Source: Blastocladiella emersonii ATCC 22665
Lineage: Eukaryota > Fungi > Blastocladiomycota
DNA length: 64,000 bases
NCBI GenBank assembly: GCA_025594325.1
Contig: JANHCV010000005.1
Location: forward strand, 496,001 to 560,000
Reading direction: 5' to 3'
The first letter of the stretch is position 1; every line of letters begins with the position of its first letter. Below are positions 47,272-59,810 of the stretch, in pieces. The notes beneath the pieces are model-generated. The model saw only the letters and a program-made list of their open reading frames with translations, ran no database searches and was not told the DNA's origin. A program made the position numbers and the translations under genes.

Positions 47272-48993
47272 ATGCCTGTTCCTACGACTACTGGCAACAG
47301 TACCAACGCTGGGTCGGCGACGACCCATCTCAAGACGTCCACGGTACAGCTCGCCGGCGGCAGCACGGCCAAGGCGGGCGGCGGCGACGACGGCAGCAGC
47401 TGGGAGCTGACCGACTCCTCGGGCACGGGCACGGGCACGGGCGGCCGAACCATGTCGACGGCGCCGACGATGAGCGCGTCGCTCGGCAACCTCGACACGG
47501 CGTCGGTCGCGCTGTCCGTCCCACCCGAGCCGGCGGCGGCGGGCGAGCTCAAGGGCCTCCCCGTGGCGCTGTGGCGCGACCGCATCTTCCGGCGGTACTT
47601 TGACGTGGCCAACGACCGGTCGGAGCGTTCGGCGCTGGTCAAGGCGGCCAAGGCGTCGCGCGGCATGTTCGCGGCGGCGGCGGGCGCGCTGTACGCGTCG
47701 CTCCCCTTCGCGTCGCTCAGCTACAACGCAACCAAGAAGGTGTTCACGGACGCGATCCTCAAGAGCGACCGGCCCGACCGCATCGCCAAGGGCCGCCACT
47801 ACGGGTCGATGCTGCGCGTGCTCGACCTGTCGCGCACCGCGCAGGAGTTTGCCGACAAGAAGCTGACGGACGCCAACATCCACCGCGTGCTGACGCTGGC
47901 GGCGAACCTCGAGGAGGTGTCGCTGCCCTTCTCGCGCCGCCCGCTCGAGGTCGCGCAGATGCGCAAGGACCGCGGCGAGGCGCCCATAACGCCGCCCGTC
48001 GCGCGCCGCGCTTCGGTCATCTCGGGCACGGGCGGCGACCCCAACAAGTCGCCGCCCGCCGAGGACCTCGTGTCGCTCGACGCGGCCATCAAGGGCGCGA
48101 CTGAGAACGTGCTGCCCGACGCCAACAAGCCGGGGCTCACGGACCGCATCATCCGGTCCCTGTCGCGCATCGCGGTCACCGGCCACCTGCGCAGCATCAC
48201 GCTCGGCAATATCCACGACTTTTCGGCCGACGCCCCCGAGCACCTGTTTGGGCAGGCGCCCGGGCTGCGCGTGCTCAAGCTGCAGGCGCGGTTCACGCCG
48301 CCCGCGGGCGCGGCCACGGGCACGACCATCGCCGAGGCGCTGGTGCGCACGGGCGCCGTGTTCCGCCTGCGCGAGCTGCACCTGACCGAGGTGCCCATCG
48401 ACGGGCCCGCGTGGTCGGCGCTCATGCACGCGCTCGGCAGCGTCAACCAGCTGCGCGTCCTCGCGCTGTCGGGGATCCAGCTGTCGGACGCGGCGGTGCG
48501 CGTGATCGGTGGCGCACAGGGCGGTCCGGGCCCGGCGCTGCGCGAGCTCAACGTGTCCGTCGAGAACGTGATCGATACGTCGGCGCTCGCGGGCGACGCG
48601 GCGTGGACCGCTGTGCTCGCGGGGTGCCCGCAGCTGCGCGTGCTCGGGCTCTCGCACATGCCGGTCACGGACGCGGCGGTGCGCGCGCTCACGGCGAACG
48701 CGCCGCGCCACCTCAAGTCGCTGTCGGTGGTCGAGGGCGACCTCGCGGACCCGATGACGCTCGCGGCGCTCGTCGCCGAGTGCCCGAAGCTCGCGTGGGT
48801 CGACATCAGCGGGTGCGCGCGCCTGCGCCACAACTCGACGTGGGCGGCCGTGTTCAACCTGCCCGAGTCGGCTAACGAGACCAACGAGGACGGCGAGGAG
48901 CCGTGGTGGATGGCCGACGGCGACGACCTGACCATGGGCGCGCGCCGCCTCCAGGAGGTGCGCGAGTGTGCGGCCAAGCACCGTGCCGCGTAG
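47272..48993 (+). CDS. F-box-like/RNI-like leucine-rich repeat protein
   Basis: LPVALWRDRIF F-box-like segment, then LRRs (LRVLDLS, LRELHL, LRVLALSG, CPQLRVLGLS, CPKLAWVDISGC). Confidence 0.8.
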   Translation: MPVPTTTGNSTNAGSATTHLKTSTVQLAGGSTAKAGGGDDGSSWELTDSSGTGTGTGGRTMSTAPTMSASLGNLDTASVALSVPPEPAAAGELKGLPVALWRDRIFRRYFDVANDRSERSALVKAAKASRGMFAAAAGALYASLPFASLSYNATKKVFTDAILKSDRPDRIAKGRHYGSMLRVLDLSRTAQEFADKKLTDANIHRVLTLAANLEEVSLPFSRRPLEVAQMRKDRGEAPITPPVARRASVISGTGGDPNKSPPAEDLVSLDAAIKGATENVLPDANKPGLTDRIIRSLSRIAVTGHLRSITLGNIHDFSADAPEHLFGQAPGLRVLKLQARFTPPAGAATGTTIAEALVRTGAVFRLRELHLTEVPIDGPAWSALMHALGSVNQLRVLALSGIQLSDAAVRVIGGAQGGPGPALRELNVSVENVIDTSALAGDAAWTAVLAGCPQLRVLGLSHMPVTDAAVRALTANAPRHLKSLSVVEGDLADPMTLAALVAECPKLAWVDISGCARLRHNSTWAAVFNLPESANETNEDGEEPWWMADGDDLTMGARRLQEVRECAAKHRAA

Positions 48994-49371
48994 CATTTGG
49001 CGAAAGATACCAAGAAGATGATTTGTGAGTGATTTGCGTCCATTGTGAATATAAAATCTATCGACTATCATCACGTGCGGGTAGGTAATGCGCGGCTGAC
49101 GCGTTCCGTTCCGCGTGAACGTGTGACCGGAGATCCCATGCCTGCCGCGCGCAGGAGCCGCCCCCAACCCTCCCCCTCACCGCCGCGCGCCCCTCCCTCC
49201 CTCTCCCGCTGCACTCGGCGCATCGTCATTCATCTGTCACTGCGAGCAGATTCACGACTCGCATCGACCCACACCTGCTGCAGCTGCGCCCTTGCTTCGC
49301 ACTCGCTCGCACGCCACCTCTGGGACCACCAGCTCCTGCTACCTCCAACCCTGCACCACACCACCATCACC

Positions 49372-50717
49372 ATGGCCGCGCCGCTCCGCCTGTCGCTGCT
49401 GCTGGCGCTCCTGGCCGTCCTCGCCCAGTCGTCGGACGCGTACCGGTGCGGCTTTGTGGTGCTATCGCGTGCCATCTCTCCCCTCGACTCACACGCTTCG
49501 CTTCACTCCCATGTAGCGTCAAGCTCAACAAGGTGCACGAGACGGGCGAGCAGACGCTGGCGCGCCTGTCGGCGGCGCGCACGTCGGTCGAGCAAAAGTA
49601 CATTTCGACGCGTCTCGGCGCCGTGCACCTCGGCGCGTACACGCCGTTCAAGGGCGCCAAGGGCGACAAGGGCGGCGACCACGACGGCAAGCACCCGATC
49701 CACGGGGTGCCGCTGACCGACTACATGAACGCGCAGTATTTCGCGCAGATCTCGATCGGCACGCCGGGCCAGGAGTTTGCCGTGGTCATGGACACGGGGT
49801 CGTCGAACCTGTGGGTGCCGTCGACGCGGTGCTCGAGCATCGCGTGCTGGCTGCACCGCCGGTTCGACGCGACCAAGTCGTCGACGTTTGTCGAGAACGG
49901 CACCGAGTTTGCGATCCGGTACGGGTCCGGGTCGCTCGAGGGCATCATCTCCACCGACACGGTCACGGTCGGCGACCTCGCCATCGAGAACCAGGACTTT
50001 GGCGAGTCGACCAAGGAGCCCGGAATCGCGTTCGCGCTCGGCAAGTTTGACGGGATCTGGGGCCTCGGCTACGACACCATCTCGGTCAACCACGTCGTGC
50101 CGCCCTTCTACAGCATGATCAACCAGAAGCTCATCGAGAAGCCGCTTTTCTCGTTCTGGATCGGCGACATCAACAAGGACGAGTCTGCCGGCGGAGAGCT
50201 CGTGTTCGGCGAAATCGACCCCGAGCACCACACGGGCCCGATCCACTACGCGCCCGTGGTCCGCAAGGGCTACTGGGAGGTGCGCATGGACAAGCTGACG
50301 CTGGACGGCGAGGAGTTTGCCGACCTCGGCAACGCCACGGCCGCCATCGACACGGGCACCTCGCTGATCGCGGCCCCGCTCAAGGTGGCCGAGGCCATCA
50401 ACGAGCGCCTGGGGGCCAAGAAGAACTTTCTCGGCCAGTACACGCTCGACTGCGAGACGCTCGACTCGCTGCCGACCATCAGCTTCGCGTTCGGCGGCCG
50501 CGACTACCCGCTCGCGCCCACCGACTACGTCCTGCAGGTGTCCGGGTCGCCGATCGGCGGCGGCGGCGGCAAGGCCCAGTGCATCTCCGGGTTCATGGGC
50601 ATCGACATGCCCCCGCAGCTCGGCCAGCTGTGGATCGTCGGCGACGTGTTCCTCCGCAAGTACTTTACCGTGTACGACCTCGGCAACAACCGCGTCGGGT
50701 TTGCCGAGTCGACCTGA
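49372..50717 (+). CDS. PEP4: Vacuolar aspartic protease (proteinase A / cathepsin D-like), 1 intron
   Basis: Signal peptide, DYMNAQYF, two catalytic DTG motifs (DTGSSNLW, DTGTSLI), WIVGDVFLRKY. Confidence 0.95.
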
Positions 50718-50892
50718 GTTCGGGTCGGTGTTCCTCGAGTTGCGCTCGTGAGAAGCGCGTTTTGTCCCTCCTCTCTCCCTCCCTCTTTCCTTGGCCGCCG
50801 CGCGCAGTTCATACATCCTCCCACTTTCTTCTTCACACCGTGTGCGACGAGTTCCTAAGGCGTATATCAAAAATTACAGATGGTCATGCACT

Positions 50893-51744
50893 CTACAGGA
50901 CGTTCCACAGGTCCTCCATGGCGCAGCACAGCTTGCCGCACGCGACGGACGCGGACAGCGGGTACTCGGAGATGCCGATCTTCTCGTCGACAAAGGCGTC
51001 GGCGAAATCGTCGACACCGTGGGCCATGGCGCCGATGAAGACGCACAGCGACTTGTCCTCGGGCAGCGTCGTCACGTAGTTGGACAGTTTGACCGTGTTG
51101 GCGTCGTACGAGAAGCCTAGAGAGAGAGAGGGTGGGCGGGTGTGAGTGAGAGGGTGGGTCGGGAGGGGGAGGGCGAGGAAAAGACGTACAGATCTTGTGG
51201 CAGTTGATGGGCAGGTGGTCGGTGATGGGGTTCTTGATGACCTTGAGCAGGCGCTCCTCGCCGTTGACCGACTTGACCGAGAGCTTGTGCAGCAGCTGGA
51301 CTGTGTGTCGCGTGCGAGTCAGCGAGCGGTCCAACGCAGCGACGAGTAAGAGCAGCACGCACCCATGAGCCCAGCGAACCGCTTGAACGTGCGCGGGATG
51401 CGGACCGACGGGTGGACCTCGATCAACACCCCCTTGGCCGTCGAGATAAAGATCTGCAGCTTACCGGCCTTGTTGAGGGGCGAGTCGAGCAGCGTGAGGA
51501 GGCACTGGTGGGTGATGTCGGGGCGGTAGGTCGAGAAATCGCGGCCGTGCTTCTTGAGCAGGTGCACGTGGTCGTCCGAGTTGAGCAGCTGGTACCGGGC
51601 GTCCTTGTTCTTGCCGATCTTGACCGTCTCGAGAATCGCACCCGACAGGACGACGATCAGGCGCTTGGCGTTCTCCTTCTCGGCCTTGGTCTTGGGCAGT
51701 GTTGGCGCCACGGGGACGCCGGGGGCCGCGGGCTTGCTCTTCAT
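50893..51744 (-). CDS. EMG1: Nep1/Emg1 rRNA pseudouridine methyltransferase, multi-exon
   Basis: [57 protein letters not shown]. Confidence 0.95.
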
Positions 51745-53241
51745 GGTAGTGGTTACGTTGCAGGGACTGTGGGGGTACGTTGCACCGTCGTCGTACAGGT
51801 GTGGCGTATCGATGAGCACGGCCGGACGCGCCGCGGCGGCGTGCAGGGCGAGGCGCGCATTTGACGTCACGTGGGGCGTCGCCAGGGGACCGAACGCGCC
51901 TCGCCTCACCGGGTGGCGCAGTGCGTCCGCCGAGCTTCCTCGCGCCGCGCCGACAGCACTCTGCCGCGGAAAATGGAAGGCTCCGGACGGGAAGACACCT
52001 CACGCAGTATCACCGGCGCGTCATCGTTGCGCACGGACCGTGGGCCACTCGCCATCGGGCGTGGATCATGGCCCGCAATCGGAGTGCCCCGGGCCGCGAG
52101 CCGACCATGGCCGTGCGCGGCCGTAGCCATCGCGACGACGGCGGCGGCCGGGACGACGAACACTTCCTGAGGATGTTGATGCGCGTGCTCGCCATCGCGG
52201 TCGAAACGCAAAGTGACCCAGCAGTGGGCCGGTTTCAGGGCCGAGCGTGCGCGCGGCCAACGAGGGACGCCGGGCGGAGATTGTGTGTGGTTTCTGCCGC
52301 ACGGACGCGCCAGGTTGTTGATTGATGAGGGTTGGAATGTTGCTCGCGAGGCGCTTGCAAGAAGGGATCAGCGGCCATCACGGACGGATTCGAGGGGGGT
52401 GAGGTCGGTGCGGCGGCGGTGGGCGTCGCGGTCCTCCAGTGCCAGCTGCCTCTTCCGGTCCTCCCTCTCCTCGCTGCCTGCGACGGAATCCTCGCAGCGT
52501 GGTCGTTCGCGACCCGTCTTCTATTTACTCGACTCGATCGGCCTGCCCGCGGGCCTCCATCAGATTCCGGCGATCCCGGCGTGTCTGGTGCCGCGCGTCC
52601 TCGCCTGCGCCCTCGCTTGCCCTTGCCGCGGCGACCCGACCGCCCTTCATCGCCGCCCTGCCCCTGCCCGCCCTGCCCTCGAATCCCCGCCCCCTCCTCT
52701 CGGGATCACCGCTCCCCATCACACAACCGCACCTCCACTCGCTGCAACGGACCGCGGCCACGCATCGAACACCGCGACCGCAACGTCCGCGTCCAATCAC
52801 GGAATTCGGGTCTCGCTCGCGTCGGCGCCGCTTGCAACGCTGCTCGTTCGTCGCCCCCTCGCCCAGGTGCGTTCGCGTGAGGCTCTCGTCGTCTTGCTCC
52901 CTCCTCCAACACGACCTCATGGATGACGCAGTCGCAGTGCGACTTGAGGGAGGCGATGGGATGGAGAGGGAGCACGGCGGATTTGACTTTCTTGCCCGGC
53001 TAACGAACGACGACGCCCACCCCGCTCCGCGCCGACCTCGACCCTGCTCTCCCCTCGTGGCATCTAGTCCGCTCGCTTCCTGCTCCGATTCCGGACCACT
53101 CCGGCGTTCCTGCCCGTCCGTTGACCGGCCCGCCGTTCTCCTGCCCGCTTGCGCTTGCCGCTGGCGTTGGCGCTCGCGCGGCTGCCTCGTTTGTCCTCGT
53201 CAAACTCAACCTTCGCCTCGGCCGCCGACCTTCCGCTTCCC

Positions 53242-56200
53242 ATGTCGCTCCCGCCCTCGCACGGCGGGCAGGCGCGCCACCACGCTCCGCCTCCTCCTCC
53301 TCACCCGCAACCGCCGCCGACGTGGGAGTCCACGCTCCGCTACCAGCCCGTCGTCGGCCTCGACCCCGACCACCACTACTCGTCGTCGTCGGCTTCGGCC
53401 CTGCCGTTCCCGCTACCGCACCACCACCAAGCCGCCGCCGCCGCCGACTACGGTGGTGGGATCGCCCGCGCGCACTCGGCCTCCGCTGCTCCCGCCAGCG
53501 CCTCGTCGCTCCCGCGGTCCCGGTCGCGCCCGCGCTCGCCGCACAGCCCGCCGTCCGACTCGTCGTCCACGTACTCGCGCAGCATCTGCGTCAGCGTGAG
53601 CAGCCGCGGGTCGCCCGACGACGACGAGGCGCACCGACACCACCACCATCACCATCGCGACGGCAGCCATCACCGGCATCGCGGCCACGGCCAATCGTCG
53701 CTGAGCCGGACCACCGCCGCCGTCGAAGACGTGGCCGCCGACGTGCACCTCCCGCCGCCCGCGCCGCCGCGCCGATCGCGAAGACGGCGAAGACAATCCG
53801 CCACCACCAGCATCCTGTCGCAGCGGTCCGCCGGGTCGGCTGCGCCCCGCACCTCGTTCTCGCGCCCGTCCAGCACCACGTCGTCCATCCTCTCGTCGCT
53901 CTATCACCATCCGCAGCACTACCACGCCGGTGAAGCCATGAACGGCCACGACGCCCGACGCCCGAGCGTGTCGTCGCTCGGTCCCGAGACACTCGAGGCC
54001 GTGCACTCGGCCAACGCTGCCGCCGCTGCCGCGGGTGACGGCGCGCAGCTGCACCGTCGCCGGTCTGCAGCCTCCTCGACCGCCAGCCGCGCCACTCGCG
54101 CGTACGACGACCAGCAGCGCGCGATGCGGCCCGCCCCAACCGCCGCCGCCGCCGCGCCCGTGCCCAACCCGAACCGCGCGTCGACCGCGTCGCGCAGCCG
54201 GTCGTCGTCGGCCCCGACCACCAACCCGCTGATGCGGTGCCTGCCGTTCCTCCTGTGCAAGCGCCCGCCGCCCGGCCGGTCCGCTGCGCGATCTCGCGCC
54301 ACGGCTGCCGCTGCTGCTGCCGCCGACGCGCCTGCGCACGCCGTCCCGCCCGCCGGTGCGCACTCGCACTCGCTGTCCCGTACCGCGGGGAACCCGCAAC
54401 ACGGCGGGCTCTGGCGCCGCCGCAGCCGGCTCAGCACCATGGTCTCGGCGTACTCGGACGGGAGCAGCGGGGCCGGCGACGACGCGGACGATGAAGCGGG
54501 GCCCGCGCCGATCCCCGAGGAGCCGTACTACGAACCCGCGGCTGCGCGGCCGAGCGCCGACTCGGGCTACTACGCCGCCGGGAACGGCACGGGTATGCCC
54601 CTGCACATCCGGCACCCGCAGGTCCGCCCGCGCGGCGGGTCGCTCAGCGACGTGGCCACGACGCTGTCGCGCGGCCGCGGCGCCAGCGAGGACTCGATGC
54701 ACCGCCCGTCCGTCGACTCGATGCGCGTCTGGGACCCCGCATTCAACGGCACCCCGCCGCTCCAGGATCGTCTCGCTGCGTTCCCGAGTACCACGTCCGT
54801 CGACTCGCTCGCCGCGCTGCCCCGCGGGTACCCGCGCCGCACCGGCGGCGACGCGTTTGGCGCGCGGAATCGGTGGGTCATGGGCGAGGGGGAGGCGGCG
54901 AACGGGTCGTCCACGTCGCTCACGTCGGATGCAGCGCCGTACGTCGCGCCGCCGGCGTCGGTCGTCGTCAACCACTCGATCCCGCGCGCTGGCAGCGTTG
55001 GGCCCGCGGGCCCGCTCGACCCCGAGCCGTCCGAGTGGCCCGCGCGAATCCCGTCCGTCGCTGACCCGGACTCGCCCGCGACGCTGCCCGTCGCCTCCGC
55101 CGACGACTCGGACGTCGACGGCGAGTACATGGCCGCCGCCGGTCCCGACGACGACGCCTCGCGGACCCGCGCCACATCCGTCGCGAGCTCGGGCGTCCCG
55201 CCGACGCCGTGGGCGACGCGCGCGCCGCGCATGCTCCGCAAGAACACGTTCTCGTCGTACCCGAGCGGCGAGGAGATGGTCACGACGGACGAGGACGACG
55301 AGGAGGAGGAGGATTACCTCACCGACGAGTACGACGAGCACGGCGAGCCGCGCAACCGTCGGTACTACACGGCCGGGTACCCCGACGACGAGGTCGTGAC
55401 GACGACCGACGACGAGGGTGACGAGGAGGTGGAGCCTGCGCCAGAACCCGCCCCCGCGCCGACGGCTACCGTAAGCCTCCCGCGCACCACGGTCCCGCGC
55501 CCGCGCACGCACCGCCAGACGTGGCCGAGCCCGCCGCTCGCCGACGGCGCCGCCGCCGCGGTGCAGCCCGCCGCCGCGAGCCAGCAGAAGCACCGGCCGC
55601 ACCCCGAGTCGTGGGCGTCTAACGTGTCCGCCGTCACCGACCCCGCGAGCCACGCCGTCCCCGAACCCCACGCGCGGTCGCCCCGCACGCGCATCTCGGT
55701 CGCCACCACCGCCTCGGGCGTCTCGTCGGTCCCGCCCCCGCCAATCGAGCGCGCACCATCGCCTACGCCCGCGGCTGAGCCGCCGCAACCTGCTCCCCCG
55801 CAGGCGCAGCCGCAGCAGCGGCGCGCGGCCAAGTCGCCGTCGAGCAAGTCTGCCGTGAGCAGCCGGCGCGACCACCCCCACCACCCCGCGCACTCGCGCG
55901 TCCCGCCCGCGCACGAGGAGCCCGCCGACGACCACCTTCCGCGGATCGACCCGGGCGGCGTCGGCAGCCTGTGGGCGGGGGCTTGGCGGCCCGGGTGGAC
56001 CGCGACGCGGTCGTTCGCGCACTCGCTGTTCCAGCTGATCGGGTGCTCGCGCGAGGCGCTCGTCCGCATGTACCCGCTGCTGCGCGCCACGCGCATGACA
56101 CCGCAGCACCTCGCCGTCATGGCCATCTACCTCGCCCGGTTCCTCCTCCTGCGCCGCGCCGAGGGGCATGCGGCTGCAGTTGCAGCGGCGGCGGCGGCGG

Positions 56201-58852
56201 CGGCCGACCCGCGGTCCCCGCCGCTGCGCACGCGTGGCACGATGGGGAGTCTCCGCTGGCGGCTCAACCAGGCGCGCAAGCGGCTCGTGCGGTCGACGAG
56301 TAATGGGGCGTCTGCGAAGCAGATCGTCAAGGCCAAGACCACGCCCGTCCGCCGCGTCAGCGTGCGCTGGAGCAACGCGTCGTCCGTGGCTGCGTCCACC
56401 GCGTCGTCCACGTCGCGCCGGTCCTCGCGCGGCAGCTTTGCCCAGGACGACGCGGACCCGGGGTACGTCGATGTCGACGACCAGTCGTCCCGCTCGGCCT
56501 CGTTTGACGTCGACGATGCAGCGACACCTCAAAGCCCGCTCCCCGCAGCCGAGACGCTCGAGGAGTCATTTGCCGCGGCGTGGGATCTGCTCGCCAAGGA
56601 GCGGCTCCCGCTCGAGCGGCAGCCGTCGACGGCGTCGCTGCGGTCGTCGCCCGCGCACGGCGTCTTCATGCCGCACGCCGAGCGCATCGTGCGCGTCCAG
56701 GTCCGCATGCTCACGGTCGCCACGCTCCTCGCGTGCAAGCAGCTCAACGACCACTCGTTCACCGCCAAGGCCGTCTCGGGCGTCGTCCCGCGCGACTGTA
56801 TCGCGGGCACCGCTGACCTCGTCGCCCTCGAAATGCGCGTCGCCATCGCGCTCGAGTTCGACCTCGCTGTCCGCCGCGTCCACCTGCGGCCGCTCCTCGA
56901 GGCGCTCCTCGCCACGGCCGTCGCGAACCAGGTCCCCGTCCCGTCGCTCTCTCGCTCGTCGACGCATAAGCGCAACACGCCGCGCCTCCGCCACGCGCGC
57001 GCCCTCGCGCGCCAGTCCAGCGGCGGCGGTGCTGGCGGGGAAGCGGCGGACGCGGACGGCGACGACGAGTGGTACGACTCGGTCGACGGCGAGATCACCG
57101 CCACCATCTCCGTGTGCCACCACCTGCTCGGCCTCCTCGACCGCACCGCGGGCGTGCTCGGCGAGATCGACGAGGACGTCGAGCTCCCGTCGCCACCGAC
57201 CGAGGTCCGCAACGACAAGCCCGCCGCGCCATCCCGCCGCGTCCACTCGGACTCGGCTATCTCGGCCACGTCGTCCGAGAACTCGCCGACCGCGGGACCT
57301 GCGAGGCATGAGCCGGTGCCGCTCCGGGTACGTTTTCTTCGCTGCGTCTTTGCTGACAACCCGATCACTAACGCAGCTTCGCCCGCGCCAGGTCGATACC
57401 TCGGCCCGCCCGCCCGTGCACTCGCAGTACCAGAGCCTGGCCGACGAGCTCGCGTCGCCACCCGCCGCGATGCGCCGCGTCGACTCGGCCGCGCACATGA
57501 CGCCGCCCGCGCGGTCGCGCGTGCCGTCGGCGCACCCGCACACACCGCCGCCGGGCCACCCGCTGCTTGTCGACTCGGCCGTCGCGTCGTCGTCGGCGCA
57601 GGAGCTCCTCGCGCACCTGATCGACGCGGCGCCCGCGCTCGACTCGCCGCACTCGCGCCGGTCCAGCATCGCCGTCGTCTCGCCCACGCCGTCGTCGGCG
57701 CGCCATGCTGACTCGGGTCCGCCCGCTGGCAAGTACTTTACCCCGCCGCCGCCCGCGCCGATCGTCGAGAACGTGACGGGCAACGGCGCCGGCGCAGCGA
57801 TGCAGGCGCTCGCGTCGCTCATGACGCTCGCGGATATCAGCCCCGCGAGTCTGCACGAGTCGCTGCACGGCGGGCGACCCGGCGCGGGACCGAGCATCCA
57901 CGACCCGCAGTTCGACTCGGGCTCCGTTCGGTCGCGCCGCGACTCGAATGTCGGTGCCCCGCTTCCGCACTACTTCCAGCACCACCACGGGTCCGAGTCG
58001 GACGGTGCCGCGTCGATGAGCGGGTACGGCCAGCCGCTCCACTTTGCTCCGCAGCCGCAGCCGCCGGTGAGCGGGCCGATGCGCACGCCGCGCCGCCCGA
58101 CGTACGCTACGGGCCCCGTACCCGATGCCGCCGGCGGCCCGCGCCGCGGCTCGCACGTCGGGATGCACGCGCTCGACAGTCTCGCCGCCATGGAGGCCGC
58201 GTACCGGTCGCGCCCGCACACCGCGCAGCCGCCGCCGAGCGCACGGCCGAACTTCGGCCCCGCATCCGCGCCCGCCCAGCGCGCCAGTCTCCCGGCCGGC
58301 CCCGGACTCGCCAACATCATGTCGCCGCGCGCCGCGGCGCTCCACCGCGCGGGCCTGATCAGTCTCAACAACGGCTCCGCGGCGCCACCGCAGCAGCAGC
58401 AGCAGCAGCCGTACTCGGTCGGCCCGTCGCCTCCCCGCGCCATGCCGGTGCGTACCTCGGTCCTCTCGGCGCTCCCGGGCGCGATGCACTGGCCAGGGGT
58501 CGTTGCCGCTCCCGCGCCGCCGCCCGCGCACGCGCACGCGCCCGGGTCCGCGGTTTCCGAATCGAGCGCCGCCAACAGCAGCACTGACACCCCGGCCTCG
58601 CACTCCAACTCCAGGTACACGTACGGCATGATGATCGCGGGCGCGCCAACGTCGGCAGCAGCGGCTGGTCCGGGTAACCACGGCGCGGATCCCGCAACGT
58701 GGGCCGCGCGCAACCGGTGGCTCGCGTCGTCCGCGGCACCCGCGCGCTCACGCAGCGGCGGCGCGAGGTCCTCGCCCAGCACGTCCATCGAGACGCTGGA
58801 TACCGAGTCTCCGCCGTCGCCGTCGCCGTCCGGGCCGCATCGAGATGGATGA
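53242..58852 (+). CDS. Very large (about 1848 aa) low-complexity protein with a Pho80/Pcl-like cyclin box; intron 57328-57391
   Basis: HLAVMAIYLARF and RMLTVATLLACKQLNDHSF...LVALEMRVAIALEFDL resemble the Pcl cyclin fold; continuous ORF with host codon bias. Confidence 0.65.
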
Positions 58853-58953
58853 TGATGACGATGTGTCTGCGAGTTGTACCTGTCGATTTCTCATTCCCTC
58901 CTCCCTCCCTCCCCTACACCATGATACAGAAGCACGCTTTCATTTTTGCTCGC

Positions 58954-59592
58954 TCACCCGCCGTGCGCGCCCGCGAGCCCCGAGTCGGCCCACCACTGGA
59001 CCACGCTGTGCTGGTCCCACCGCTGCGAGTGCACGAGCACGTCGGGTAGCGAGTACCGCAGCTCGAGCCCGCTTGCGAGCCACCAGTCCAGCGCGCGCAA
59101 GTTGAGCCACCAGTCCAGGACGTGAATGTGCCCGTTGCGCGACGCCGCCTTCATCGGCTTCGCGCCGTAGCGCACGGGCAGGCCCGAGTCGCGCCACCAC
59201 TGCAGCACGCGGACGTGGCCCGCCGCGCTCGCGTGCAGCAACGCTGCGGCCGAGTACCGCAGCGCGAGCCCCGACATGCGCCACCACTCGAGCACGGCAA
59301 CGTGCCCGTTCCCGCTCACAAAATCGAGCACGCCCTCGCTGTACGGGACGCGCGGCGCGCCGGGCGCGAGCAGGATCGTGAACGCGCTGACGTGCCCGCG
59401 ACGCGCGGCGTCCAGGAGCGAGAATTGTGGCAGGCAGCGGATCACGGCGCGCGCGAGCTTGTGCCCGTCGTCGTTGTCGCTCTCGGATCGCGGGAGGACA
59501 TGGAGCAGCTGGCTCAAGTTGAGGGCCGACTGGTACGGCAGGCTCGCGGCGCGGATCAGAATGCGTTCGACGATCTCGTATGGAAGATACAT
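58954..59592 (-). CDS. Short paralog of the ankyrin-like family (MYLPYEIVERILIRA...), about 212 aa
   Basis: Same N-terminus and 29-aa WW..SG repeats as 40614-41849. Confidence 0.75.
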   Translation of the reverse strand: MYLPYEIVERILIRAASLPYQSALNLSQLLHVLPRSESDNDDGHKLARAVIRCLPQFSLLDAARRGHVSAFTILLAPGAPRVPYSEGVLDFVSGNGHVAVLEWWRMSGLALRYSAAALLHASAAGHVRVLQWWRDSGLPVRYGAKPMKAASRNGHIHVLDWWLNLRALDWWLASGLELRYSLPDVLVHSQRWDQHSVVQWWADSGLAGAHGG

Positions 59593-59810
59593 TGCACTTT
59601 TGCCTGAGGAGCGCGAGAGAGCGCGGCGAACAGGTGCCAAGGTGGGCGCCGCGCGGTCAGCTGTCCCGAGAGCCAGCCCGAGAGCGCCACTACGCCGGAA
59701 ACCCTCGAGGACTTCACTGATCGGAACGATGATGCCAAGAGGGACGAACAAGAATGACTATTGATTAGACTAGAAACTAACATAAGAACGACTCTGGGCG
59801 CGGCCCGCGC

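Noticed and set aside
52919-53599. Out-of-frame upstream ORF overlapping the cyclin start
   Set aside because: The ATG lies inside a probable 5'-UTR intron (GTGCGT donor near 52866, GCTAAC near 52999, TAG near 53067), so it is likely spliced out.
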